Shown here piece by piece: positions 10,121 through 21,653 of a DNA stretch of 64,000 nucleotides. A program made the translations under genes and the position numbers. Below the pieces are notes generated by a model. It did not search any database and was not told the origin of the DNA. It worked only from the letters and a program-made list of their open reading frames with translations. This DNA is from an uncultured virus (IMG/VR IMGVR_UViG_3300046168_000066) (Duplodnaviria; Heunggongvirae; Uroviricota; Caudoviricetes). The DNA is taken from the IMG/VR virus record IMGVR_UViG_3300046168_000066; one strand, given 5' to 3'. Position 1 is the first letter of the stretch. Each line of letters starts with the position of its first letter.

Positions 10121-11987
10121 ATGGGGGATTCTGCTGATAAAAAAAGATTTGATTTAATTTTCAACAACTTCTGCAAAAAACTTACATTAAATGTTGATTC
10201 AATGTATGGCCAGTTTTTTGATTTCTGTAAACAAGTTGGTATTGATCCTGATTCTGCATATAAATTGATTGCAGATGATCCTAAACTAATGCATTCATAT
10301 GTTTGTAAGATAAAAAATTCGGAAATAAAAAACAATCCTTTGAATTTTAAAAAACACTCTAATTTTGGTTCGGTTATTATAGAAGATAGATGCCTTCCTC
10401 ATTTAGAGTGCCTTATTAGAAATACTATATTAAAAACACCTGATAATTGGAATCATTCGGTTGTATGTACTCGGTTGAACTTTAAACCAATCAATCAACT
10501 TTGCAAACGCATACATAAAGATATAAAAGTAATATCGGTTGGCATCCCCAATTTTACACAAAATACATATAATGATATGCTTTTGTCTAAGTGGTTTTGG
10601 AACAAAATTGACAGTGAAAATATTTTAATATATCAACAAGATAGCTTTTTATTTCGTGAAGGCATTGAGGAATTTTACGAATATGATTATATAGGAGCTC
10701 CTTGGTTACCACATCAAACAGACAACGAACTGGGTGTAGGAAACGGAGGATTCTCGTTCAGATCAAAAAGTAAAATGTTAAAGTGCTTAGACACAATAAA
10801 TCCAAAAAAACTTCAATTGAGTTCTGATACCTTAAACTACATGAGAAATTGTAATTTACACAATCCACCCGAGGATGTTTACTATAGTAAAGCAATGATT
10901 GATCATGATCTCGGAAATGTGGCAAACAGAGAAGTTGCAAATCAGTTCGCAGAAGAACGAGTTGCATCGATGAATCCCCTCGGGGGTCATCAGTATTGGT
11001 TAGCAAGTTGTGAAGAAATGTTTCGTTTATTTAAACCGTTTAATATGATAGATTGGAGTTATTTCGAAGGAGAGTCATCTGCACATCGTGGTGGGTGGAA
11101 ATCTTTGATATCTTATATGATGGCAAACAATATACTAAAAGGTGATTGTGGAACACCACTTATTGATGTTGCAGAAAAGTATTTCGTTTGGGATTCTAAG
11201 CCTGTCGTGAAATGGCCCTGGATAGGAATTTCGCATATGACACCAAACACACCCGAGTATCTTCGTATAGCAGATATCGATAGATTGATTGAAAATGAAA
11301 ACTTTATAAAAAGTTTACCATCGTGCAAAGCATTGATAGTGCTAAGTGACTATATGAAGAAATATTTAACAGAAAAGTTAAATAATATATGCGAAGTAAA
11401 TATTGTTTCAATGAAACATCCCGTTGGTGATGACATCAAACAGTTTGACATCCAAGAATTTTACAAACACGATGAAAAAAAGGTGATACTGCTTGGTCAG
11501 CAAATGAGAAAAATATCTTCTATATATCTGTTAAAAACAAAATGTAAAAAATGGTGGATGTATGGGCCATCCCGATAAATCATTAATGGTTAACAGAAGA
11601 AACGATGAATTTAAAATGCTTAAAACATATCCAAAAGCAGACACGGTGGAAATGGTAAAGGTAAGCAGTAATGCAGAATATGATAAAATTATATCAAAAA
11701 ATATCATATTGATGGATTTTATTGATGCATCGGCAAATAATGCGATAGTTGAATGTATATCTGCAAACATTCCATTTTTTACTAAAAGACTTCCTGCGAT
11801 TGAAGAGTATTTGGGAAAAGACTACCCAATGTATTTCAATAATTTATCAGAGGTCGAAAACATTATCAACGATGATGTAAAACTAAAGGAGATTTATACT
11901 AAAACTAATTTATATTTACGAAATTTAGATAAAAAACAACTAAGTTATGAATATTTTTGTGACAAATTATTGGAGTTGATAAACTAA
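10121..11987 (+). CDS. DUF5672-like glycosyltransferase fused to a second GT-like domain (one apparent +1 frameshift near 11565)
   Basis: ILIYQQDS...YDYIGAPW...VGNGGFSFRS...PEDVYY; removing one G of tatgggccat joins ORF 10121 to ORF 11562 (YGHPDKS). Confidence 0.7.
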
Positions 11988-12710
11988 GTGAAATTTGAAG
12001 AAAAAAGATTATTATTAAAACCTGACTTTTGCTTTTATCATATACCAAAGTGTGGAGGAAGCACGATCCGTGCGACTTTATACGACTTCTTTTCAGAAAT
12101 ATATAAAAAACCTGAAATGTATTGTCCAGAGAAGTCTTCAATTAAATATAATTTTGGTTCGGTAGAAGCAGTTAAGGAATTCGTGGCGAATAAATCTTTG
12201 GAACAATTAAGTCAGATTAAAATATTATTGTGTCACACACGATACAATTTACCTAATATCTCGGATAAATTCGGTGAACATAAATCGTCCGTCATTTTAA
12301 GAAATCCTACTTCCAGATTAATAAGTCATTATGAATTTTTTGATTATCCTAAAACAAAAATCCATATGAATAAATTACCAAAAGATCAGTTGGAGGAATA
12401 TTGTATTAGAATGTCATCTGTGACTACCGAATATTTATCAAAAAATAATGATGTTTCTGAAGCACTTGATAATATTAGTAAAATAGATTTTGTGGGAGAT
12501 ATTTCAAAATTAGATAATTTTATTGAAAGCATAATTAAATTCTATTGTAAAAAATTTGAAATTTCTGATACTGATCACAAGATAACGACACGTAATGTTA
12601 ATAGCAATAAAATTATTGACAGAAAATTAGCCGATAATGTGTTTGAAATTATTTCTGAATTACCTGATTGGGAGCTATACAATCAACTGAAATTAGAAAA
12701 AATCATTTAA
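11988..12710 (+). CDS. Sulfotransferase family 2 protein (divergent)
   Basis: FYHIPKCGGST; LRNPTSRLISHY. Confidence 0.8.
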   Translation: MKFEEKRLLLKPDFCFYHIPKCGGSTIRATLYDFFSEIYKKPEMYCPEKSSIKYNFGSVEAVKEFVANKSLEQLSQIKILLCHTRYNLPNISDKFGEHKSSVILRNPTSRLISHYEFFDYPKTKIHMNKLPKDQLEEYCIRMSSVTTEYLSKNNDVSEALDNISKIDFVGDISKLDNFIESIIKFYCKKFEISDTDHKITTRNVNSNKIIDRKLADNVFEIISELPDWELYNQLKLEKII

Positions 12711-12713
12711 AAA

Positions 12714-13463
12714 ATGAAACCTTCTACTAAAATAAAAAACTTTTGCATACTTGGAGAAAGAAACTCAGGAACAAATTTCCTGCATAGTGCAATAAAATTA
12801 AATTTTGAATTAAAATATAAAAAAATTTGTCATAAGCATTTTTGGAGAATTGAAAATCAACTTTCCTTACTTAAAAATACTGCAATACTGGTTATAGTTA
12901 GAAATATACACGATTGGATTAATTCTATGTATCAGTCTCCATTTCATTTACAACCTGAATTGAAAAATCCGAAAAATAAATTTGATTTTCTAAATAAGCA
13001 GTTTTGGAGTGTGTACGATGATGTAAACGAACACGGCAACTGGTATGACCAAGAAATACAAGAAGACCGACACTTAGTCACTGGAGCAGCTCGGTATAAA
13101 AATATATTTCAAGCACGTTACACGAAGTATAATCAAATTTTAAAACTCTTGACAAATGATAATTCCCACATTTATTTACTTAAGTATGAAGATTTGAATG
13201 AAGGGTATGATAAAAATTTACGACTTATATCTGCACATTACAACTTAAAATTTAATGATTCTGTGATAAATAAAGTAAATACATATCGTGGTTTCAAAAA
13301 ATCAGAAAAAATGATTAATATTCAATCAAAACCTAAGATATTTACTGAGTTAGAAATAACTTCACATCCAGATTTTTCTTTAAATAACGAAATGCAACTT
13401 GGATACATACAGAAAAAAAAGGCTGATGTAGGATCATTTAAATATACCAATATTGTTTCGTAG
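12714..13463 (+). CDS. Sulfotransferase-like protein
   Basis: GERNSGTNF P-loop-like PAPS motif; VRNIHDWINS; LKYEDL. Confidence 0.6.
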   Translation: MKPSTKIKNFCILGERNSGTNFLHSAIKLNFELKYKKICHKHFWRIENQLSLLKNTAILVIVRNIHDWINSMYQSPFHLQPELKNPKNKFDFLNKQFWSVYDDVNEHGNWYDQEIQEDRHLVTGAARYKNIFQARYTKYNQILKLLTNDNSHIYLLKYEDLNEGYDKNLRLISAHYNLKFNDSVINKVNTYRGFKKSEKMINIQSKPKIFTELEITSHPDFSLNNEMQLGYIQKKKADVGSFKYTNIVS

Positions 13464-13544
13464 TATAATGAGTTCGTGCAAAAAAAACTTGTGTATGACT
13501 CAAACGAGTATTGGGTGTACGACAATGTAAGTAAAAAATAATCC

Positions 13545-14279
13545 ATGATTTCTCACTCTAAAAAATTTGTATTTGTACACATTCCTAAAACAGCAGGAAC
13601 ATCTATTACTAATGTGCTTGATACACATTGTGAAGTAAAGTCAGCTAACGATCCTAGTTGCCCGTTTTATTATCACGCATCTGCAATTGAACTTAAAAAT
13701 TTCTTTGATGAAATGAAGTGGGACTGGAATGAATATTTTAAGTTTACATTCGTAAGAAATCCGTGGGATCGTTTAGTTTCGTATTATGAGTTTACAAAAC
13801 AACGATACGAAAAATTGATGAATGATAAGTTGTTATCAACTGATTTGATATGCAAACAATTTGGTGAACAAGTTTATTCATTTGAAGATTTTATATTTAA
13901 TTTAGAAAAATACGCTCCCAATTCAGATGCTTATTATCATTCTGTTGATGGAAATGCTGAAATGAACTTTGTTGGAAAAATTGAAAATTTGCAACACGAT
14001 TTTAATCATGTTTGTAAAACCATAAATATTCCAATTTCTAAATTACCACATTTACAGACAACCTCCAGAAAGCATTATAGTGAATATTATACTGAAATTA
14101 CTAAGAGTATTGTTGCAGAAAGATTTTCACAAGATATTTCTATGTTTGGTTATGTTTTCTCTGAACCAACTCCAAACAAACATAAAAAGCAATTTTTTAA
14201 ATATCGTTATACTGAATACAAAAATGAACAAAAACAAAAGCATTTTAATGCTTACAATGCTAGAAAACCAAACTCGTAA
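13545..14279 (+). CDS. Sulfotransferase family 2 protein
   Basis: MISHSKKFVFVHIPKTAGTS; FVRNPWDRLVSYY; FVGKIENL. Confidence 0.88.
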   Translation: MISHSKKFVFVHIPKTAGTSITNVLDTHCEVKSANDPSCPFYYHASAIELKNFFDEMKWDWNEYFKFTFVRNPWDRLVSYYEFTKQRYEKLMNDKLLSTDLICKQFGEQVYSFEDFIFNLEKYAPNSDAYYHSVDGNAEMNFVGKIENLQHDFNHVCKTINIPISKLPHLQTTSRKHYSEYYTEITKSIVAERFSQDISMFGYVFSEPTPNKHKKQFFKYRYTEYKNEQKQKHFNAYNARKPNS

Positions 14280-15126
14280 TTTAAACTATTACGAAAATTT
14301 GATTGATCGTATAAAGCAAACTTATTACAACAAAATTGATGTAGTGATAGTTGTTGCTACACAAAGTGAGTTCAACTTTAATTACGAGTTTGAAAAAACA
14401 AATTGTGCAATATATTTTGGTGTAAATGAAAAAAGTTTAAATTCTAAATTCAGTCAATTGTCTTCCGATAAAATTATTTTTTGTGCAAACAGAGGTTATG
14501 ATGTGGGTCCTTTTCTAATTGGATGCAAGCACATAGAAAACCAGTATGAGTATATAATTCACATTCACGCAAAAAATAATGACACTTGGAATAAACTTTT
14601 AACAACGATAGCAAATTGCAATATCACCGAACTTGATGTTGATACAATAATTCCAAATCAAGATGTACCTGGATTAAAAACTTTAACTACAACAGATACA
14701 TCAGATGGTAACTATAATATACTTGATAGTCATAGACATTTATTTCCGTTTTATGATACATCTTGGGAGTATTCATCGGGTAAAATGTTTGCGACAAAAA
14801 TGCAGTTTCTGAAACCATTGTTAAACAACTTTGATGAAATTTATTCGTTACTTACAGATAAAAATAAAAATGATGTTTATTGGCAGACTGCTATGAATAA
14901 TATTAAACTTTTCAACAAATATTATAACGAATATTTGAACAATGACATCAATAAACCAATATCCAAGTATGCATCGTTTATGAGACAAAAATACAAATGC
15001 AGAAATTATTTTGAATTGCTAAATAAAGGTTATCGTGGAATACCTGATTTACAAATTGAACACGCAATTGAAAGGTATCTTGGTTATTTGATTTGTCGCA
15101 ATAAAAAACTACACTTCTCTGAGTAA
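14224..15126 (+). CDS. RgpF (rhamnan synthesis protein F)-like rhamnosyltransferase
   Basis: NRGYDVGPFL, YIIHIHAK, SGKMF, EHAIER motifs; start placed at ATG 14224. Confidence 0.65.
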   Translation: MNKNKSILMLTMLENQTRNLNYYENLIDRIKQTYYNKIDVVIVVATQSEFNFNYEFEKTNCAIYFGVNEKSLNSKFSQLSSDKIIFCANRGYDVGPFLIGCKHIENQYEYIIHIHAKNNDTWNKLLTTIANCNITELDVDTIIPNQDVPGLKTLTTTDTSDGNYNILDSHRHLFPFYDTSWEYSSGKMFATKMQFLKPLLNNFDEIYSLLTDKNKNDVYWQTAMNNIKLFNKYYNEYLNNDINKPISKYASFMRQKYKCRNYFELLNKGYRGIPDLQIEHAIERYLGYLICRNKKLHFSE

Positions 15127-15143
15127 GTGGTATTTATTGTATA

Positions 15144-15824
15144 ATGATCAAGTTGTATTATTTTTATTCGTCTTCTCACGAAGAAATGAAAAACGAATAT
15201 TTTCTTTCGTCTATGCAAAATGAATACGATTGCATCGGAATAAAAGCAGAACAAAAATGTGCAACTGGTGAATACAGAACCAAAGGTTGGAACGAAGTTG
15301 TAATTCAAAAAGTTGATTTAATTATCCGTGCAATTCAAGAAAATAAAAATTCTTGGTTTGTTCATAGTGATGTGGATGTGCAATTTTTTAATTCAACAAA
15401 GAATGATCTTGAATATCATTTGAAGAATTACGATACAACATTTCAATCTGATGGTGAAAATCCAAATCCAATTGCGTGTGCTGGATTCTTCGCAAGCAAA
15501 GCAAATGAAAAAACATTAAAATTGTGGAAATCTGTCAAAAAATTATGTCAAATAAAACAAATCGATGATCAAACAGCATTAAATATTTGTTTACACCACA
15601 ACGATTTCGTAAAGTGGAAATTGTTGCCAAACGAGTATTTTTCTATAGGAAACAATTTAAATAACAATTCAGTGTACAGATGGAAACCAAACGATGATAT
15701 AATGTTGCCTCACAATATTCGTGTTCATCACGCAAATTACACTGAGGGTATACAAAACAAAATTCAACAACTTGAATTCGTCAAAAAACAAATTAAAACT
15801 TTTCAACAAAATCAAGCAAAGTGA
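15144..15824 (+). CDS. Nucleotide-diphospho-sugar transferase (GT77-like)
   Basis: HSDVDV (DxD), CAGFF, DDQTALN, HHANY. Confidence 0.78.
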   Translation: MIKLYYFYSSSHEEMKNEYFLSSMQNEYDCIGIKAEQKCATGEYRTKGWNEVVIQKVDLIIRAIQENKNSWFVHSDVDVQFFNSTKNDLEYHLKNYDTTFQSDGENPNPIACAGFFASKANEKTLKLWKSVKKLCQIKQIDDQTALNICLHHNDFVKWKLLPNEYFSIGNNLNNNSVYRWKPNDDIMLPHNIRVHHANYTEGIQNKIQQLEFVKKQIKTFQQNQAK

Positions 15825-15832
15825 TATTTATA
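15824..15832 (+). promoter_or_regulatory. ATATTTATA motif
   Basis: Upstream of the epimerase start at 15851. Confidence 0.5.
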
Positions 15833-15850
15833 TAAAAAGGAATTTTAACT

Positions 15851-16875
15851 ATGGCAGAAAAACGAAATATACTTGTATGTGGTGGTGGTGGATTTATCGC
15901 CGGACATTTAGCAAAAGACCTTCAAGAGCAAGGTCATAACGTGCGTGTGGTTGACAAAAAACCATTGAATCAGTGGTATCAACCAGTTGAAGGAACAGAG
16001 CAACTTGTTCTTGACCTTGAATTCGTGAAAACTGCATGAAAGCAGCCGAAGGAATGGACATGGTATATAATCTTGCTTGTAATATGGGTGGAATGGGTTT
16101 CATTGAAAACAATCACGCATTGTGTATGCTCAGTGTTCTTATTAATGTTCATATGCTTGTAGCAGCCAAAGAGCATGGTATCAAAGACTTTCTTTATAGT
16201 TCTTCTGCGTGTGCATATCCTACTTACAAACAAACCGAGATTTTGAGTGCAGCCGATCAAGCATTAGCAGAACCTGATGCTTATCCTGCTGATCCAGAAA
16301 GTGGATACGGATGGGAAAAACTTTTCAACGAAATTCTTACCAACTTCTACGAATCAGATTATGATATGAATGTTCGCATTCCTCGTTATCACAATGTTTA
16401 TGGTCCTTATGGAACTTGGCAAGGTGGTCGTGAAAAAGCACCGGCTGCTCTTTGTCGTAAAATCATTGAAGCAAAATTAAGTGGAAATCACGAAATTGAA
16501 GTGTGGGGTGACGGAGAACAAACTCGTTCGTTTATGTACATTGATGACTGCATCACAGGAATGGATAAAATGTGGGAAAGTTCCTGGACTAAACCTTTGA
16601 ACCTTGGAAGCAGTGAAATGGTTAGCATCAATCAATTAATTGAAATGATTGAAAAAATTGCAGGCATTGAAGTTGAAAGAAAATATGATTTAACGAAACC
16701 TCAAGGTGTTCGTGGAAGAAATTCTGATAATAAATTGATCAAGGAAGTCACAGGTTGGGAGCCGAGTGTCGGATTACAAGAAGGTTTGGAAAAAACATAT
16801 GCTTGGATTTATCAACAAATTCGTGAAGGAAAACAAGACGCAAGTTTGAATTACTCACAAGAAGCAGGTGTATAA
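15851..16875 (+). CDS. GDP-mannose 3,5-epimerase-like SDR enzyme (one apparent -1 frameshift near 16021)
   Basis: GGGGFIAGHL, NLACNMGGMGFI, SSSACAYP, YGWEK, GGREKAPAA, PQGVRGRNSDN; adding one A at gaattcgt restores DLEIRENCMKAA. Confidence 0.85.
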
Positions 16876-16898
16876 AAATAGAAAGATGGAGATAATGA

Positions 16899-18798
16899 GT
16901 GAACATAATAATTCCGTTAGGGGGGCCTTGGTAAAAGATTTTCTGAGTTCGGTTATCGTTTACCCAAACCACTTATTCGTTTGTTTTTCAAACCAATTAT
17001 TTTTTGGTTACTTGATAATCTCAGTATAAACAAAAACGACAATGTGTATTTGATATGCAACAAGTTTTTGAAAAAATATCGTTTTGAAGATGAAATAAAA
17101 AAGAAGTATCCAAACTATAATATTATTTATTTGGATGCCGATACACGTGGTGCAGCCGAGACTATCTTTATAGGCACACAGGACATCGTAAATGATGCTG
17201 AAACGATATTACTTGATGGAGACACCTTTTATGGAATAGATGTGCTTGCACTGTATCGTATGAGCAAGCAAAAGAATATGGTGTTTTGCTTTCAACAAAG
17301 TGATGATCGACCTGTGTATTCTTATGTGGGGTTCAACGAAAATAAAATCATAAATAAAATTGCCGAGAAAAACAGAATAACCGAATTTGCCAACACAGGA
17401 TGTTATGCATTTGCTAAATTGAGTGAGTTGCGTAGATACTGCAAAAAAATCATTGATGACGATTTGCGTTTTGGTAATGAGTTTTATATGAGTCGTGTTA
17501 TATCAGAAATGATAGCCGACAAAAAGAAGTTTGTAGCAAATGTAATAAACGAAAGTGATTTTGATGTAGTGGGAACTCCATTTCAATATAAGTTGTTTCA
17601 AAGCAAATTTATGCAAAACAAAAATCTTGATTACTTTAAGAATTATCGTATTTGCTTTGACTTTGATAATACGTTGGTTACTTATCCTAAAATTCCGGCG
17701 GATTATACATCAGTTGAACCTATATCAGAAAATATAGAGTTTGCAAGATTTCTGAAAAAACTTGGTTGTACGATTATAATTTACACTGCAAGAAGAATGA
17801 AAACTCACAATGGCAATGTAGGAAAAATAACTGCGGATGTTGGCAAGATTACAATTGATACTTTAGAAAACTTTGAAATTCCTTATGATGAATTGTATTT
17901 TGGAAAACCTTATGCACACGCATACATTGATGATTTGGTTATCAACGCATTTGATGATTACCAACAAGAACTTGGAGTAAATAATTTTTCCATAGACGAA
18001 AGAGATTTCAATTCACTTGAAGATGATACAATACCCGTGATTACCAAGAAATCGGAAAATGCAGATAAACTCAAAGGTGAAATAGAATGGTATCTCAATT
18101 TACCAAGAAACTTGTATAATCTTGCACCAAGTTTAATTTCTTATGATGATAAAAAATATTCAGAGTATTGCATAGAACGAATTCAAGGACTTACATTTCA
18201 AGAATTGTTTTTGTCGGAAAGTCTAAATAAAGATGGATTAAAAAAACTATTAAATGCAATAAAACGAATTCATTCGCATAAAAGTAAAAATACAAACATT
18301 AACATTTATGAAAATTATGCAAATAAGTTGAAAAACCGATATACTTCTTATGATTATTCTGATTTCAAAAATGCGAATAAAATTTACAAAAAACTTGAAA
18401 AAGAACTTATAAATTATGAATCAAATAAGCACGGGCAATTTGGTATAATACACGGTGATCCTGTGTTTTCAAATGTATTGATGGACAAAATAGGAAATAT
18501 CAAACTAATTGATCCAAGAGGAACAATCGGAAATCAAACTTCAATTTACGGTGATATATTTTATGATTATGCGAAAATTTATCAGTCTTTGATTGGTTAT
18601 GATGAAGTAATGCAAAACAAAACAATATCAGATATTTACCGCAAAGAACTAATAGATACATTCACTTTGTTTATTGTTAACAATTTCAATGAAAATACAA
18701 TGAAAAATATAGTTATTATAACAAATAGTTTGTTGTTTACATTGCTTCCATTGCACAATAACGACAAATGCAAAGATTATTTTAATTTGATTAAATAA
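16899..18798 (+). CDS. Trifunctional NTP-transferase / HAD phosphatase (EcbF-BcbF type) / APH-choline-kinase-like protein (apparent +1 frameshift in G6 run at 16920-16925)
   Basis: Corrected N-terminus VNIIIPLGGLGKRF...LPKPLI; RGAAET, LDGD; CFDFDNTL...YTAR...FGKP...YIDD; IHGDPVFSN...LIDPRG...YDYAK. Confidence 0.8.
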
Positions 18799-18810
18799 AA
18801 GGAGATTGAT

Positions 18811-19824
18811 GTGGCAGAAACGAAATTATTGAGTTATGTAAACGAAGGATATTTAGACTTCGCAGTAAATTGGTTAAAGTATATTAGAAAGTTGAATATG
18901 CAATCTATGTCTATTGTGTATTGTTTAGATGATGCATCTTACGAAAGAATGTCGCAAGAAAATGACATTGAAACAAAACGATGGAACAGTGAGTTGTTTC
19001 ATATTGAATCAACATCAGAGTTTCATAGCAAAGGTTGGGATGCGTTGATGTGGAATAAAATGGAAGCAACACATCAACTACTATCAGACGGATACAATGT
19101 TCTTTATGCAGATACTGACATCTGCTTTTTAAAGAATCCGTTGGAAGACCTTGAAAAATTATGTGAAGAAGGTGGATACGATACTGCAATTCAAGTTGCA
19201 GGAGGTGAAAGTATTTGTCCTGGATTCTTTTATGCTAAAAGCAATGCTAAAACAATTCATTTGTTTAACATTGATCGTGAAGATTTCAAACGAGGATACA
19301 TTGAAACAAACGAAGATGGAGAAATCAAACAACGTAAGTTTAAGGAAGATATGATGCTTCTTAATCTTCGTTTGCATCGTGCTATTGAACCTGATGATAT
19401 TAGTTATGTGCAATTAAGTGCAGATGGATATCCACAAGGAGTTCATTGGGAACGAAACATTAAAAATCGTGGTCGTGAACGATCAGAAAATGATGCTTTT
19501 ATTGTACACTTTAATTGTACAGTTGGTTGGAGTAACATTGATGAAATGCACGCCAATGGTCTTGAGAACTTTGATTATCATCAACGCAAAGTATGGAATA
19601 TGCTTCGTCACGATATGTGGCTAGGAGATATACCAGAAGGAATGAGCAAGCCTGATGAAATTGTTGAAATGGGTCCTGGACCACTTACCGAAGCATATCG
19701 TGCAGAAAAACGAGCAAATCGTGGTCGCAGAGGACGCAGAGGTGAAGGTCGCAGAGCAAGAAAAAAACGTGAAGCACAAGAAAAAGCAGAAGCAGAAGCA
19801 ACTGCAAAGAAATCTGAGGAATAA
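18811..19824 (+). CDS. Nucleotide-diphospho-sugar transferase (GT77-like) with Arg-rich C-terminal tail
   Basis: FAVNWL, GYNVLYADTD, CPGFFY, VHFNC; SD aggag. Confidence 0.78.
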   Translation: MAETKLLSYVNEGYLDFAVNWLKYIRKLNMQSMSIVYCLDDASYERMSQENDIETKRWNSELFHIESTSEFHSKGWDALMWNKMEATHQLLSDGYNVLYADTDICFLKNPLEDLEKLCEEGGYDTAIQVAGGESICPGFFYAKSNAKTIHLFNIDREDFKRGYIETNEDGEIKQRKFKEDMMLLNLRLHRAIEPDDISYVQLSADGYPQGVHWERNIKNRGRERSENDAFIVHFNCTVGWSNIDEMHANGLENFDYHQRKVWNMLRHDMWLGDIPEGMSKPDEIVEMGPGPLTEAYRAEKRANRGRRGRRGEGRRARKKREAQEKAEAEATAKKSEE

Positions 19825-19846
19825 CCAACAAATAGCAATATATAAT

Positions 19847-19855
19847 ATATTTATA
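19847..19855 (+). promoter_or_regulatory. ATATTTATA motif
   Basis: Upstream of the GHKL ATPase start at 19886. Confidence 0.5.
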
Positions 19856-19885
19856 GATGGAATAACTTTTACAAACAGGAGATAT

Positions 19886-21640
19886 ATGGAAGATTCAATT
19901 CAAATTAAAACAGGTGCAAGAATAAGTAATATTCTGCAATCAACAGTCACCTACGAACAAGCATTTACAGAACTCGTTAAAAATAGTATGCAAAGTGGTG
20001 CTACATTCGTTGACATAACATTAAATGCAGATTCAGTTGTTGTGATAGACAACGGAATAGGATTTGACCACGAAGCAGACGAAAACGGAATGACTGGATT
20101 TGAAAAGTATTTCGTGTTTGGTAATTCATATGATATGAGCAACGGTTCTGGACCTACATTGGGTCATATGGGAATCGGAGGTAAAATTGCCAACGATAAA
20201 CTATCTGATACCAACAATACATTATGGACAATAGAAACCAAAAATCAAAAAGGAAAATCATTTTTGGTAACTTATCAACCAGGTAAAACTGAGTTTCTTG
20301 ATGATTATGCTCCGGGTATCACCGAGTTATCAGAATCAAATGTAACAACAGACCACGGAACAATTGTAACAATCAGCAATTTAGATTCACCGATTCTTAA
20401 AAACGGATGGAATTTATCAAGAATAAGAAAAGAACTTCAAGACTTTTTTGGATATTTGGTTCGTAACGGAGAAAAAGAATTTAATATAATCTTAAACGGT
20501 GAATCATTGCAATTTGATTATACTTTACCTGGATATTTGTTTCCTGAAATGAACAAAGAATTTACTTTTGAACACGAAGACGAACTTAAAACAGGAAACA
20601 TTAAATTTAATTTAAGTTTAATGCAAAATCAATACGATATTGATGTATGTCCACTTGATTCTGTGATCATTGTATCTGATGTAAAAGTTTGCAGTTTGAC
20701 ATTAGACAAAGAAGAACTTATTAAAAAAATATACGAAGAAATTTCCGAAGAAATCGGAAAAAATGTTGTTCCTCAAAAATCAGTTAGAAATTTGTTTTCA
20801 AAACTTCGTGGATTTATTGTATCAAGTGAATTAAGTGAAGTACTTGATCACACAGGAATGCCTGCAAAGGATTTATCACATCACGCATTACGTGAAGATC
20901 ATCCAGTAACAAGTCCTTTTTATGAAGTTGTTTACAAAACAATCATTGATTTGCTACGTGGATATTTATTGTTGAATGTAGAACAAAACACAAACCGCAT
21001 TGGAACACTTGCGAATAATGTAGTAAAGTTTATTGCCAAAGAAATTGACATTGATCAAAAATTGCTTGTGGATTTGGGCATAAATACAGAAGAACTTAGT
21101 ACAGCCGAAGGAAGAATGCTCAAAGTTAAAGTTGCTGAAGATACAATAGGTACATTAATCAAAGCAGAAATAGAAAACAAAACAAAAAATAAAAAAAGAA
21201 GAAGAAGAAGAATCCGTGAGTTGAAAAAAACATTACTTGAAAAATATAAAGAAACTCCTGAAAGTATACCTGCTAAATTAAAAGAAGTTGATAATGGAAT
21301 GTTCGTTGAAGATGAAAATGGAGTAGAAAGAACTGTACACGATTCAAAAGGAATTCGTTATGAAATTAAACCATTTGGTGCTGGTAAAGAAAAGATTATG
21401 TCAGAGTTTGAAACGGAAAGTAATTTTTGTGTTTATATTAATTCGGAAAACTATAAGTTTATTGCGATAAAAGATGCAGAAGATAACCTTGGACTTGCAC
21501 TTCATATTGCTGAATCGATGATACGAGAACTTACAAGATACGCAAATCCACTTGCAAGCAAAAATCAAATTGATGAAAGTCTTTCAGACTTTTACAAACA
21601 AAGTTACGCAAAATTAAGAGCAAAAAATCTATTTGAATAA
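19886..21640 (+). CDS. GHKL (HATPase_c_3 / MORC-like) ATPase
   Basis: TELVKNS (N box), VIDNGIG (G1), GHMGIGGK (G2), HGTIVTI (G3); start at ATG 19886 with SD aggag. Confidence 0.8.
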   Translation: MEDSIQIKTGARISNILQSTVTYEQAFTELVKNSMQSGATFVDITLNADSVVVIDNGIGFDHEADENGMTGFEKYFVFGNSYDMSNGSGPTLGHMGIGGKIANDKLSDTNNTLWTIETKNQKGKSFLVTYQPGKTEFLDDYAPGITELSESNVTTDHGTIVTISNLDSPILKNGWNLSRIRKELQDFFGYLVRNGEKEFNIILNGESLQFDYTLPGYLFPEMNKEFTFEHEDELKTGNIKFNLSLMQNQYDIDVCPLDSVIIVSDVKVCSLTLDKEELIKKIYEEISEEIGKNVVPQKSVRNLFSKLRGFIVSSELSEVLDHTGMPAKDLSHHALREDHPVTSPFYEVVYKTIIDLLRGYLLLNVEQNTNRIGTLANNVVKFIAKEIDIDQKLLVDLGINTEELSTAEGRMLKVKVAEDTIGTLIKAEIENKTKNKKRRRRRIRELKKTLLEKYKETPESIPAKLKEVDNGMFVEDENGVERTVHDSKGIRYEIKPFGAGKEKIMSEFETESNFCVYINSENYKFIAIKDAEDNLGLALHIAESMIRELTRYANPLASKNQIDESLSDFYKQSYAKLRAKNLFE

Positions 21641-21653
21641 AAAGGAAAAAAGA

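Noticed and set aside
19655..19885. Long N-terminal extensions in the ORF track (19655, also 14080, 35170, 36038)
   Set aside because: They overlap upstream genes or relics. Downstream ATGs with an SD or coupling (19886, 14224, 35203, 36113) fit better.
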